A DNA stretch of 64,000 nt from Somniosus microcephalus (taxonomy: Eukaryota): contig CM126214.1 in NCBI GenBank assembly GCA_052327205.1, positions 11,222,001 through 11,286,000 on the forward strand, written 5' to 3'. The notes below the pieces were generated by a model. The model was not told the DNA's origin, did no database searches, and was given only the letters and a program-made list of their open reading frames with translations. This document shows, one piece after another, positions 36,035 through 48,167 of this stretch. Each line of letters starts with the position of its first letter. Positions within the stretch are counted from its first letter, which is position 1. The position numbers and the translations under genes are program-made.

Positions 36035-36353
36035 GAAAGAAAGACTTGCATTTATATAGCACCTTTCACGACCACCGGACGTCTCAAAGTGCTTTACAGC
36101 CAATGAAGTACTTTTTGAAGTGGAGTCACTGTTGCAATGTGGGAAACGCGGCAGCCAATTTGCGTACAACAAGCTCCCACAAACAGCAATGTGAAAATGA
36201 CCAGATCTGTTTTTGTTATGTTGGTTGAGGGACAAATATTGGCCCCAGGACACTGGGGAGAACTCTCCTGCTCGTCTTCGAAATAGTGCCGGGGGATCTT
36301 TTACGTCCACCTGAGAGCAGACGGGGCCTCGGTTTAACGTCTCATCCGAAAGA
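36035..36353 (-). mobile_element. Deu-SINE 3' two-thirds
   Basis: Reverse complement of the SINE consensus seen elsewhere in the window. Confidence 0.85.
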
Positions 36354-36615
36354 CAGAGCCTTGAATGGAGCCATGGCATACATTTAGCAATCTTTCCATA
36401 GTGGAGGAAGGTATTTCAGAACTCCGTGTTACGTGTTTGTATCCTGGTATCTGAGAGCGTCAATTCAAGTCCCCTGTCTGGGACCATCCAGGGTGAATAG
36501 TGAGGTTCCCTGCAGGGTGACCTCTGCCAGTGCAATCATACCCATCAAGAGTCAGTACCTTCAGGCGAGGAAGGGTGAAACATGGAGGTGGTGGGGTGGG
36601 TGAGGAGAAGGGAAT

Positions 36616-36992
36616 AGTGTTGCCAACTCGGGTTGGATGTATCCTTGGAGGTTTCGTCACATGACCTCCTGCCTCCCACTGCCCCGCCCCCAACGCTCCC
36701 GCCATTGGTCGCCCAACACGTCCACCCTCGCGTTGTACTGCCTTCCCCGCGGCCGATTGGAAAGCGGAAAGACTCTTCATTACCCAATCGGATGATTCTT
36801 GACTGTCGGCCCATCTCCAATATTTTTTATAACTAATAAACAGAAATGTTCAAAGAAATGGAAAAAAAAACACTTTTTTTAATTGCCCCCTACGATTTTT
36901 TTCTCCCGGTGGTTGCTGGCAACAGTGTCCTGGCGATTAATCTTCAATTTCTGGAAACTCCAGGCCAATCCTGGGGGGATTGGCAACCCCGT
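36616..36992. mobile_element. hAT (Blackjack-like) MITE without the LTR insertion
   Basis: gtgttgccaac ... ttggcaacccc; reads gactcttcattacccaatc where the 9842 copy is interrupted at CTCTT. Confidence 0.65.
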
Positions 36993-37484
36993 AACACAAC
37001 ATGAAATCAGAAGTCTGTTTCATCCCGCCCCCTAAAGCTGAGATTCTCTGTTCCAACGAGGTCTCCACCTGGTATGCCCATGCTTCATTCCTGCAAGCTC
37101 AGGTTTTCCTCAGACACTCGGCCACTCTTTATCTCCCTCGGGTGCACAGTGCAACTTAAAAGCCTTTAGCGCTGCTTTGTGGCGTTCCATCTCCTCCGAC
37201 AGTGACGAACGACGCATTCAATTAGAAGAAAAAAAGCAGAGGCGAGTGAAAATATTATTCTCCAAATTCAAAGACTCGCGTCTGCAGTGCAAACATTAAT
37301 ACTTTATCATCGTACATGTAATTTTTCCAGAAACTCGGCATTTGAGCGAAAGAAATGAGAGATGCTCGGAATCCTGCGCTTTCTTCAAACAGCCTCCATT
37401 TCTGAAATCATTGTACATCCATTTTTGTTAAATCGCTGTCTTGTCTTACGTTTCTTAAATTGCACGTCGATCAGAAAATGACAA

Positions 37485-37895
37485 AGGAAGATAGGAATAG
37501 GAGCCGACCATTCCGGCCCCTCGAGTCTGTTCCGCCATTCAATTAGATCACGGCTGATCTGCATCTTGACTCCGTCTACCCGCCTTGGTTCCATTACCCT
37601 TCATGCTCTTGCCTAACAATAATCTATCAACCTCAGTTTTGAAATTTTCAATTGCCCCACACCCCCCCCCCCCTCCCCCAGCCGCAACAGTTTTTTGGGG
37701 GGAGGGAGTTCCAGATTTCCTTTGTGTGGAGAGGTGCTTCCTGACATCACCCCTGAACGGCCTGGCTCTAATGTTAAGGTGATGCCCCCTTGTTCTGGAC
37801 TCCCCCCACCAGAGGAAATAGTTTCTCTCTATCCACCCTATCAACTCCTTCAATCATCTTAAACACCTCGATTAGATCGTCCCTTAATCTTCTAT
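37485..37895 (-). mobile_element. Degenerate CR1 LINE 3' end
   Basis: GESRTRGHHLNIRARPFRGDVRKH; ccattccggcccctcgag tail. Confidence 0.75.
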
Positions 37896-38034
37896 AAAAC
37901 AACGCTTTCTGCATATTGCTTGAATTAATCATTAATATTTGAGTGTGCAAATATATGTAGTTGGCATCTTATTTGTGTCTAATATACAATGGAAGGAACC
38001 TGATAGCTTTAAGTGAAGTTCTTTCTTCTCTCTA

Positions 38035-38210
38035 GGGACTGGGTTGGTTCGACGCGGGCATAAAGCTGGCATTGTGGGTTTGCCCGCCTGTTATAGAAAC
38101 CGCTTGATACTCAGCTCCAAGTACAGCAATGAAAGTCAGGCGGTTTCTATAAAGTGCAGCCGATCTGCCTCGCTAGTTTTACGTCCACGTGGCAAGTTGA
38201 AAATCTCTGC
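38035..38210. mobile_element. Small MITE with internal hairpin (relative at 46551-46713)
   Basis: tatagaaaccgcttga / tcaggcggtttctata inverted pair; shares sequence with 46551-46713, which ends gggctagatttt...aaaatctaccc. Confidence 0.45.
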
Positions 38211-38398
38211 CTGGTTCGTCTCTGGGACCTGGGTTTGACTCCAGCCCAGACTTATGGAGAAAAGACACTTCTGTCTGTTGGCTGTAAGGGTCTCACTTAT
38301 CGGGCAGTCTCAAATCCAGTTCTTGCAGGGGGACCCCAGCACCCCTCCAAATTCAGCATTAAAGGTGCAGAGTTTTCGAACTGCAGCTTTCTAATAGA

Positions 38399-39070
38399 CC
38401 CTTGGCTCAGTGGCTAGCACTCTCGCCTCTGAGTCAGAAGGTTGTGGGTTCATAGTCCCACTCCAGAGACTTGAGCATAAAAATCTAGGCTGACACTCCT
38501 AGTGCAGTGCTGAGGGAGTGCTGCACTGTCGCAGGTGCCGTCTTTCGGATGAGATATTAAACCCGTCTGTCCTCTCAGCTGGACATAAAAGATTCACGGC
38601 ACTTGACATTAATCTTGTCAGTCATGTGGAAATGACTTATGAAATAATACTGGGCGGCCTGCTGGTGGCGCTGTCCAGGGAGAGTATAAATACTTGGGCA
38701 TGGGCCCAGCTTGCTCAGGACATTCTTTAACAGGAACTAGTGAAGGACACAACTAGATCTCCATGTTGTAAAACAGTTGATTAAATACTCAGACCAAGTG
38801 CCTAGTAGTTTTCTTACATCAGCACTATTTCGAAGAGCAGGAAAGGTGCCCTGGGGCCAATATTTATCCCTCAACCAACATCACTAAAAAACAGATGATC
38901 TGGTCATTATCTCATTGCTGTTTGTGGGAGCTTGCTGTGTGCAAATTGGCTGCCAGGTTTCCTACATTACAACAGTGACTGCACTTCAAAAGTACTTCAT
39001 TGGCTGTAAAGCGCTTTGGGGCGTCCGGTGGTTGTGGAAGGTGCTATATAAATGCAAGTCTTTCTTTCTT
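38399..39070 (+). mobile_element. Deu-SINE split by a solo LTR
   Basis: SINE continuous across ggcact|...|gcactatttcgaag. Confidence 0.85.
38604..38821 (+). mobile_element. Solo LTR family A (variant 5' end)
   Basis: TG...CA, perfect TSD GCACT. Confidence 0.88.
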
Positions 39071-39550
39071 TACTGCCCAGACCGCCCAGGAAGAATTATC
39101 GTCTGATGTATAATAGCCGTATCACATACTCCCAGACTGCTGTTCTTCTCCGTCCCTCTCATTATTATTCAAATATTGACCACAATTAAAGACTTAACTC
39201 CAAGTAGGTTCTGCACAATTGACAGTGTTTAATGCTGACATTGAAGGCGAAGTATAGTTATTGCACTGTCAAGCTTTCTTCAATAAACCAATGCCAGTAG
39301 TTTACTAAATCTCAAAGTGTGTTCAATATTTTAATTGATTCTGCCCTTGGGTTAAACAAATCTCTTCACCACCCAATTTGTGCTTAGTTTGATAAGATGC
39401 AACTTCCGTCTTAAGAGTGTTACATAGGACATTGGGGCAATTTTCCAACACAGCTCCTAATGGGTCCAAGTTCTGTCTATATTTCTGCACTAATTGGTAC
39501 TCAATAGGCAGTCTGCGGGAGACCATGAGATGGCTGATGTGGGAAATTGG

Positions 39551-39925
39551 AAACATAGAAACATAGAAGATAGGAGCAGGAGTAGGCCATTCGGCCCTTC
39601 GAGCCTGCTCCGCCATTCAACGAGATCATGGCTGATCATCCAAACCCTAGCACCCGGTCCCTACACCGACAGCCATCCCACCCAAGCCCTATCCCTGTAA
39701 CCCCACGTATTTAACCCCCCTAACACTAAGGGCCAATTTTTATCATGGCCAATCAACCTAACCCGCACATCTTTGGACTGTGGGAGGAAACCGGAGCACC
39801 CGGAGGAAACCCACGCAAACACGGGGAGAAAGTGCAAACTCCACACAGACAGTCACCCGAGGCCGGATTTGAACCCAGGTCCCTGGCGCTGTGAGGCAAC
39901 AGTGCTAACCACTATGCCACCGTGC
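39551..39925 (-). mobile_element. HE1-like V-SINE
   Basis: Near-identical reverse complement of 19221-19587. Confidence 0.9.
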
Positions 39926-40204
39926 TAGTGGTGTCACACTGGTGTCGCAGATGTTTTTTCTGAGATTGGAGTTGAAGGGACGTTGTTGGGGCTGAGTGAA
40001 GGAGGTTCCATGTCCCATCTGGCTTGTACAGCACCTGGTTTAGGTGTGCCTGGTTCTAATACTGGGTGTGGTCGTGCTGCACTCCTACCACTGACATCCC
40101 TCTACGTTAAAGGCGCTATATAAATGCAAGTTGTTGTGAGTGAGCACAGAAATAACCAAAACAAAAATTCGCTTTCTATTTCTCTGTGGTACCCAGCCCT
40201 TCCA

Positions 40205-40525
40205 GGATGAGACATTAAACCGAGGCCCCACCTGCCCGCTCAGTTGAACGTAGAAGGTCCAATGGCACTCTTTCGAAGAAGAGCAGGGGAGTTCTCCCCA
40301 GTGTCCTGGCCAATATTTATCCCTCAAACAACATCACTAAAAAAAACCAGAGTATCTGGTCGTTATCTCATTGCTGTTTGTGGGAGCTTGCTGTGCACAA
40401 ATTGGCTGCTGTGTTTTCCACATTACAACAGTGACTACACTTCAGAAAGTACTTCATTGGCCGTAAAGCGCTTTTGGACGTCCTGGGGTTGTGAAAGGCG
40501 CTATAGAAATGCAAGTTCTTCCTTT
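40205..40525 (+). mobile_element. Deu-SINE 3' two-thirds
   Basis: ggatgagacattaaaccgagg ... ggcgctatagaaatgcaag. Confidence 0.85.
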
Positions 40526-40830
40526 TCCTATCGCCTTCAAAGAGATGGATGTACAACTGAAACAGAACAAAAAAGAAATCACAATTCTGAGCAATCTTTT
40601 AGAAAATAAATCTTGTTGTCACCATTCCTCTGAGAAGATGGAAGTCATGGCTGGGAATTAATCACATGCGAAGAATGACCCAAGCAAGTGTTGTAGAATA
40701 AATTTGCCATGGTTGGCATCAATTTGAGCCAATTATAACAGACTTGACAAAGATTAAGAGTATATCGCCTTTCACGACCACGGGACATTCCAAAGCGCTT
40801 TACAGCCAATGAAATACTTTTTGAAGTGTA

Positions 40831-41299
40831 CCTGGGATGGCAGGAATGACGTATGAGGAGAGATTGGGTCGATTGGGCTTATACTCGCTGGAGTTTAGAA
40901 GAATGAGAGGGGATCTCATTGAAACTTATAAAATTCTAACAGGACTAGACACAGGAAGGATGTTCCCGATGGCGGGGGAGTCCAGAACCAGGGGTCACAG
41001 CCTAAGGATAAGGGGTAAGCCATTTAGGACAGAGATGAGGAGGAATTTCTTCACCCAGAGAGTGGTGAACCTGTGGAATTCTCTACCACAGAAGGTAGTT
41101 GAGGCCAATTCATTAAATATATTCAAGAAGGAGTTAGATATATTTCTTAAGGCTAAAGGGATCAAGGGATATGGGGAGAAGGCAGGGACCGAGTACTGAA
41201 TTTGGATGATCAGCCATGATCTCATTGAATGGTGGAGTAGGCTCAAGGGGCCAAATGGCCTACTCCTGCTCCTATCTTCTATGTTTCTATGTTTCTATG
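40831..41299 (+). mobile_element. HER1-like CR1 3' end inserted in a minus-strand Deu-SINE (40765-40830, 41300-41677)
   Basis: ORF 40837-41199; (tttctatg)n tail; host gaagtgta|gtcactgttg. Confidence 0.9.
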
Positions 41300-41881
41300 T
41301 CACTGTTGTAATGTAGGAAACATGGCAGCCAATTTGCGCACAGCAAGCTCCCACAAACAGCAATGTGACAATGACCAGATCATCTGGTTTTAGTGATGTT
41401 GGTTAAGGGATAAATATTGGCCAGGACACCGGGGATAACTCCCCTGCTCTTCTTCGAAATAGTGCCATGAGATCTTTTACGTCCACCTGAGAGGGCAGAT
41501 GTGTACTCGGTTTAAAGTCTTATCCGAAAGATGGCACCTCCGACACTGCAGCGCTCCCTCAGCACTGCACTGGAGTGTCAGCTTGGATTATGGAGCTCAA
41601 GTCTCCAGAGTGGGACTTTGAACCCACAACCTTCTGACTCAGAGGCGAGAATGCTACCCACTGAGCCACGGCTGACACAACATGCAGAGTTAAGGCCCGC
41701 TGTGTTGGCCTTACGCCCTTGGACCCTGTCTGCCCATGTGAAACACGAACTGTTGGCATGTATCCTGGGCACCTTTACATCCTTACCACCCTCAAGCTCA
41801 ACCAGGTTCTTCTTCTTCAAGTGGCAAAATTGTCACATAATACCGCCTCACCAATGACTGTAAGAGGTTCCCGGAACTAAT

Positions 41882-43717
41882 AAGATTTCATACAAGTATA
41901 TTAAGGGCAAGAGGATAACCAGGGAAAGGGTAGGGCCCATTAGGGACCAAAGTGGCAATCTGTGTGTAGAGCCAGAGGATGTAGGCGGGGTTTTAAATGA
42001 ATTTTTTGCATCTGTGTTCACTGTGGAGAAAGACGATGCAGACATAGAAATCGGGCAAGGGGACTGTGACATACTTGAACATATTAGCATCGAGAGGGAG
42101 GAGGTGCTAGCAGTTTTAGCGGGCCAAAAAGTGGATAAATCCCCAGGCCCGGACGAGATGTATCCCAGGCTGCTGTGGGAGGCAAGGGAGGAGATTGCAG
42201 GGGCTCTGACACTAATTTTCAGAACCTCTCTGGCCACAGGGGATGTACCAGAGGACTGGAGAACAGCTAACGTAGTACCATTATTCAAGAAGGGTAGCAG
42301 GGATAAACCAGGGAATTACAGGCCAGTGAGTCTAACATCTGTGGTGGGGAAATTATTGGAAAAAATTCTGAGGGACAAAATTAATCTCCACTTGGAGAGG
42401 CAAGGATTAATCGGGGATAGTCAGCATGGCTTTGTTAAGGGTAAATCATGTCTAACAAATCTGATCGAATTTTTCGAGGGGGTGACTAGTGGGGTGGATG
42501 AGGGAAATGCTGTGGATGTGGTGTACATGGACTTCAGTAAAGCTTTTGACAAAGTCCCGCATAGGAGACTGGTCAAGAAGGTAAGAGCCCATGGGATCCA
42601 GGGTGCCTTGGCGCGTTGGATCCTAAACTGGCTGAGTGGCAGGAGGCAGAGGGTGATGGTCGAAGGTTGCTTTTGTGACTGGAAGCCTGTGTCCAGTGGG
42701 GTACCTCAGGGATCGGTGCTGGGTCCCTTATTGTTTGTGATCTACATAAATGATTTGGATGAAAATGTAAAAGGTATGATCAGTAAGTTCGCAGATGACA
42801 CGAAAATTGGTGGGGTGGTAAATTGCGAGGAGGAAAGCCTCCGGCTACAGGACGATATAAACGGGTTGGTCAGATGGGCGGAAAAGTGGCAAATGGAATT
42901 TAACCCTGAAAAGTGCGAGGTGATGCATTTTGGACGGACAAATAAGGCAAGGGAATACACAATGAGTGGTAGGACCCTAGGAAGTACAGAGGGTCAGAGG
43001 GACCTTGGTGTACATGTACATAGATCCCTGAAGGCAGCGGAGCAGGTAGATAAGGTGGTTAAAAAGGCATATGGGATACTTGCCTTCATTAGCCGAGGCA
43101 TAGAATATAAGAGCAGGGAGGTTATGATGGAGCTGTACAAAACGCTGGTGAGGCCACAGCTGGAGTACTGTGTGCAGTTCTGGTCGCCTCACTATAGGAA
43201 GGATGTGATTGCTTTGGAGAGGGTGCAGAGAAGATTCACCAGGATGTTACCTGGGATGGAGCGCCTCAGCTATGAAGAGAGGCTGGACAGGCTGGAGTTG
43301 TTTTCCTTGGAGCAGAGAAGGCTGAGGGGGGACCTGATTGAGGTGTACAAAATAATGAGGGGCATAGATAGGGTAGATAAAGAGGAACTTTTCCCCTTAG
43401 TGGGGGGGTCAATAACAAGGGGGCATAGATTCAGGGTAAGGGGCAGGAGATTTAGAGGGGATTTGAGGAGGAACTTTTTCACCCAGAGGGTGGTTGGAAT
43501 GTGGAACTCAATGCCTGAAAGGGTGGTGGAGGCAGGAACCCTCACAACATTCAAGAAGCATTTGGATGAGCACTTGAAATGCCATTGCATACAAGGCTAT
43601 GGACCAAATGCTGGAAAATGGGATTAGACTGGACAGGGATGGATGGGCGGCGCAGACACGATGGGCCGAAGGGCCTCTTTCTGTGCTGTAAAACTCTATG
43701 ACTCTATGACTCTATGA
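41882..43717 (+). mobile_element. 5'-truncated CR1-clade LINE (second family)
   Basis: Open ORF2 frame and (actctatg)3 tail. Confidence 0.95.
42014..43627 (+). CDS. CR1 ORF2 reverse transcriptase domain and C-terminus (5'-truncated, no endonuclease)
   Basis: KSPGPD, NYRPVSLTS, QHGF, DFSKAFDKV, GVPQGSVLGP, FADD; the frame extends upstream to about 41882. Confidence 0.9.
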   Translation: MFTVEKDDADIEIGQGDCDILEHISIEREEVLAVLAGQKVDKSPGPDEMYPRLLWEAREEIAGALTLIFRTSLATGDVPEDWRTANVVPLFKKGSRDKPGNYRPVSLTSVVGKLLEKILRDKINLHLERQGLIGDSQHGFVKGKSCLTNLIEFFEGVTSGVDEGNAVDVVYMDFSKAFDKVPHRRLVKKVRAHGIQGALARWILNWLSGRRQRVMVEGCFCDWKPVSSGVPQGSVLGPLLFVIYINDLDENVKGMISKFADDTKIGGVVNCEEESLRLQDDINGLVRWAEKWQMEFNPEKCEVMHFGRTNKAREYTMSGRTLGSTEGQRDLGVHVHRSLKAAEQVDKVVKKAYGILAFISRGIEYKSREVMMELYKTLVRPQLEYCVQFWSPHYRKDVIALERVQRRFTRMLPGMERLSYEERLDRLELFSLEQRRLRGDLIEVYKIMRGIDRVDKEELFPLVGGSITRGHRFRVRGRRFRGDLRRNFFTQRVVGMWNSMPERVVEAGTLTTFKKHLDEHLKCHCIQGYGPNAGKWD

Positions 43718-44354
43718 ACAGCCAAAAAAACAAACAACTATAACTCTGATGATAAGTGACATTTCTGCTCATGTGCATGCAATTCAGTGTAGCTGTTCTT
43801 TAATAAGGGCTCTTTTGGAGTAAGTCTACCAGGTAATTAACTAGGCCTGTGACAAAAGGCTTATGTTATTCCAACAAGGTGACTACACAATAAACCTCTA
43901 CTTCGGAATTATTTTTTGACAGGATGTCTAAAGGGGATATTGTCATACTGGGGAGGGGGCGGGGGGGGAGATGGTCATGAGGAGGAGCATAATCCTGGAA
44001 TAGGCTGCAACATGAAGCCTCTGCCTACAAAAAGGATATAGAGGCACTGGAGAAGGTGCACAAACGATCTACAAGAATGATATCGGAACTGAGAGGTTAT
44101 AACTACCAGGAAAGACTCAACAGGCGGGGGCTCTTTTCTCTCGACAAGAGAAGGCTGAGGGGTGACCTGATAGAGGTCTTTAAGATTATGAAAGGGTTTG
44201 ATAGGGTAGACTAGAGAAGATGTTTTTTAGGGAATTCAGGAGAAATTTCGTTACCCAGAGAGCGATGAGAATGCAGAACTCGCTACCACAGGGAGTGGTT
44301 GAGGCGAATAGCGTGCGTGCATTTAAGGGGAAGCTAGATAAACACATGAGGGAA

Positions 44355-44656
44355 CACGGTGGCATAGTGGTTAGCACTGTTGCCTCACAGCGCCAGGGAC
44401 CCGGGTTCAAATCCAGCCTCGGGCGACTGTCTGTGTAGAGTTTGCACATTCTCCCTGTGTCTGCGTGGGTTTCCTCCGGGTGCTCCGGTTTCCTCCCACA
44501 GTCCAAAGATGTGCGGGTTAGGTTGATTTGGCTATGATAAATTGACCCTTAGTGTTAGGGGATTAAATACGTGGGGTTACGGGGATAGGGTGGGATATGT
44601 GTCGGTGCAGGCTCGATGGGCCGAAATGGCCTCTATCTGCATTGTGGGGATTCTGT
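44355..44656 (+). mobile_element. V-SINE with an alternative 3' tail
   Basis: HE1-like head and V-domain; tail gcaggctcgatgggccgaaatggcctctatctgcattgt; GGAACA at both junctions. Confidence 0.85.
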
Positions 44657-44735
44657 GGAACAAGGAATAGAAGGGTATGTTGATAGGGTGAGATGAAATA
44701 GGGTTGGAGGAGGCTCGTGTGGAGCATAAACACGG

Positions 44736-44887
44736 CAATGATCCCTGTAAGCTGCGCTTTGTTCTGGGCGGCCCGTTTCCTGTCGTGCGGGGTCCCTTTA
44801 AATTTCTGCGCATGCGCGGTATTTACGGTGAGTGGCCTGCACGCAGCCTTTCCCATTACGCGGCCGCTCAGCTTAGACGGAACATTG
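44736..44887. mobile_element. hAT-type MITE
   Basis: TIRs caatgatccctgtaagctg / cagcttagacggaacattg; related to 61549-61723. Confidence 0.65.
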
Positions 44888-45187
44888 AGCCGGTAAGGGC
44901 CAGTTGGGCCGAATGGCCTGTTGCTGTGCTGTAACTTCTATATAATTCTATGCCTCAATATATCCCTGAATCATCCCAATTCTGATAATATTGAGCCACC
45001 CTGTCTGTATTTAGGCTGGTTTTTGCACAGTGGTTTTAGCAATGAGCCTGACAAGCATCGTTACATAAAGCAGTTAACTTTCAATGTGATGTAATGCCAC
45101 TGCAGCATCCCTTTAATAAAGCATTACATATTTAACTCTTTAGTAGCGGTAGGCTCAGAATTCCTATCTGCACCTTTGTCTCTCTCT

Positions 45188-45647
45188 GTGTCAGCTGTAG
45201 CGCACTCACCTCTGAGGCAGGAGGTTGTGGGTTCAAGTCCCACTCCAGAGACTTGAAGCACATAAATCTAGGCTGACACTCCAGGGGAGTGCTGAGGGAG
45301 TGCTGCACTGTCAGAGGGGCCATCTTTTGGATGAGACGTTAAACCGAGGCCCCGTCTGCTCTCTCAGGTGGATGTAAAAGATCCCATGGCACGATTTTGA
45401 AGAAGAGCAGGGGGAGTTATCCCCAGTGTCCTGGGGCCAATATTTATCCCTCAATCAACATCACTAAAACAGATTACCTGGTCATTATCACATTGCTGTT
45501 TGTGGGAGCTTGCTGTGCGCAAATTGGCTGCCTCGTTTCCCACATTACAACAGTGACTACACTTCAAAAAGTACTTCATTGGCTGTAAAGTGCTTTGAGA
45601 CGTCCGGTGGTCGTGAAAGGCGCTATAGAAATGTAAGTCTTTCTTTT
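45188..45647 (+). mobile_element. Deu-SINE (SacSINE1-like), full length
   Basis: Head, central domain and tail all present. Confidence 0.88.
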
Positions 45648-45832
45648 GCTATCCCTCTTTCACTTTACTGGGTATATATTTAGTGTCGCTATACACTGAA
45701 ATTTGCACTACCACAGATTAAGTTAGGAAACAAATGAATCCCCTCCCCTTTTGTCTCTCTGACTTGTGTTTCTCTCTGTTTTACTGCACACCTAAGGTGC
45801 TGTCCTCCTAAAAATTACTTGCCCTGCTCGTG

Positions 45833-46131
45833 CAGGTTGAGCGTCCCGAATCCGGCAACCTCGGGACCGAGGCCGAGCCGGTTTTTGTGTTTTTCCGGAC
45901 TTCGGAACGTGTTTCTGATGTCCAAAGTGCGGAAATATTGCAACTTGGGCTCGGGCGTTTCCGGACTTCGGACATCAGAAACACGTTCCGAGTCCGGAAA
46001 TGCCTGGGCCCAGGTTGGCGGCAGAAACAGGGTGTCCGGATTCCGGGACATTTTACAGATTCCGGACGACCCTGCCACCAATCGTCCTGGAGCCCGGATT
46101 CCGGAACTCCGGATTTTGGGCGCTCAACCTG
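45833..46131. mobile_element. Tigger/pogo-like MITE, highly palindromic
   Basis: TIRs caggttgagcgtcccgaatccgg / ccggattttgggcgctcaacctg; flanks tg/ta. Confidence 0.75.
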
Positions 46132-46933
46132 TACCAAAGATTTAATCCTACCAAATCCTGGTCTGTGTGTGTGTTAGACCGCGGCCAAAGCCTGTGTTAG
46201 AACATGGCAGAGAGGAGTTTGGTTGGCATTCTTACGAGACCTCTATCGGTTGTCATTTGTACCCTTTTTGTCTCTTCCGCAGCCTCTCACTGTCACAAAA
46301 TAAATACGGAAGGTGAAGGCCATGTGGCCCATTTTAGCTCATTCATTCAGAAAAGTCCTGCATTCCCCCCCACCACCACAAAATCCAACTTTCTCTCGAA
46401 ATGATTTTTTTTTTTGGCCTCCACGACCTTTACTCAGAGTCCATTCCATGTGTTGAACGCACTTTCCTTTGAATAAGAACAACCTGGCATCAGTCCAAAA
46501 TCTGCCTCTCACTCGGTTGAACCCCAGCGCTTTTGTCCTATTGTCTCTCTGGGCTAGATTTTCAACTGAGATTATGACCAGCTGCCTCTTGGAGAAACCG
46601 ATCGATATTCCTTTCCACTGAGTTCAATTGAATTGAAAATCAGGTTCTTTCTATAACAGGCGACTGATCTGCAATGCCAGTTTCGTGCCCGACCGTAATT
46701 TAAAAATCTACCCTATTTCTCTTTCTCTCTCCCTCTCCCTATCATGTCTATTTCATTGATTTTTTTTTCTCTATTAGTTCTTTTTCTATTTCTCGATTGT
46801 CTATTTTTTTTCAGTGTAGTTCTGTGACAGACTGAAAGACTGCACTTGTCTCTCGGTCAGTCTGTTTCTCTCTCTCTCTCCCCGTCTCTGTCTGCCTGTC
46901 TGTCACTTCCCCTGCCCTCTGATTCTCTGTTAC

Positions 46934-48140
46934 AAACAACAACATTTATACTGCATCCTTCACGTAGGAAAATGTCCCAAGGCGCTCCACCAAGGCAGAA
47001 AGGCAAAAAAATGGCAATGAGCAAAAGAAGGAGATTATTAGGAGGGCTGGCCAAAAGCTTGGTCGAAGAAGGTGGGTTTTAATGGGGGGTTCTGAAAGGA
47101 GTTAGAGGGAGGTGGAGGGGATTAGGGGTTTAAAGTGGCAGCTAGGTGACTGAAGGCAGGGAGAAGGATTGAGTCAGTGGTGAGAGTTTGTGATAGGGGC
47201 CCAAGACTTCTGGCGTTGGTCTTCCCAATGTTTAGCCGGATTAAATTGTCGTCCTTCCAAGACTGTATATTGGATAAAGTAGTAACGTAAGAAAACTACT
47301 AGGCACTTGGTCTAAGCGTTAAACAACGCTTTAATCAACTGTTTTACAACATGGAGGTCTAGTTGTGTCCTTCACTAGTTCCTGTTTAGAATGTCCCGCG
47401 CAAGCTGGGCCCGTGCCCGAGTATTTATACTCTCCCTGGACAGCGCCACCCGCAGGCCACTCAGCATTATTTCATAAGTCTTTCTTTCATGAATGACTGA
47501 TTCATGTCAAGTAGTCTGTCAGCACAGAGGCAGTGGAGGGGTAAAGACAGGTGGTAGAACTGGGTGTCACCAGCGTACATGTGGAGGCTGCCCTCATGTC
47601 TACGGATGATATTGCCAAGCAGTTGCATATAGATAAGGAAGAGGAAGGGGCCAAGGATGGATCCTTTGGGTGGGGGGGCACCTGAGGTGATGGTGTGGAG
47701 TAGGAAAAGAAGCTACTGGTAGAGAGGCTCTGGCTACGCTTGGATAGGAGAGGAGTGGAGCCAAGTGGGGGTAGTCCCACCAAGTTGGACAATGGAGGTG
47801 AGATGTTGAAGGAGGATGGTGTGACCAACTGTGCCAAAGGCTAGAGAGAACAAGGAGGGATAATCCACCATGCTCATAGTCACAGAAAATCTTGATTGGG
47901 ACTTTGCTAAGGGCCATTTCGATGCAGTGGGAGGGTAGAAACCTAATTGGAGAGATTCAAACAGACAGTTGCAGAAGAGATGGACACAGATCTGGGAGGC
48001 AAAAACCCATGCACGCAGTTCGGAGAGGAAAGGGAAGTTGGAGATGGGACGGTAGTTTACAAGGGTTGAGGGTTTTTGGAGGGGGGCGGGTGGGCGTGTG
48101 GTGATGACGTCAGTTTTGAAAGGGAGAGGGGGCAGCACCT
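46934..48140 (-). mobile_element. Old degenerate L2-clade LINE containing a solo LTR
   Basis: KPSTLVNYRPISNFPFLS, AFGTVGHTILLQHL remnants; (caa)n tail. Confidence 0.75.
47283..47509 (-). mobile_element. Solo LTR family A, subfamily 2
   Basis: TA(for TG)...CA, perfect TSD AGTAG. Confidence 0.9.
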
Positions 48141-48167
48141 GAGCAGAGGGTACCCTTTACAATGCGA

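Larger units (their letters stand above)
44030..44950 (+). mobile_element. Old CR1 3' end hosting a V-SINE and a hAT MITE
   Basis: gagaaggctgaggggtgacctgatagagg ... gggccgaatggcctgttgctgtgctgtaa. Confidence 0.7.

Noticed and set aside
45808-46200. Five overlapping ORFs on both strands
   Set aside because: By-product of a GC-rich palindromic MITE
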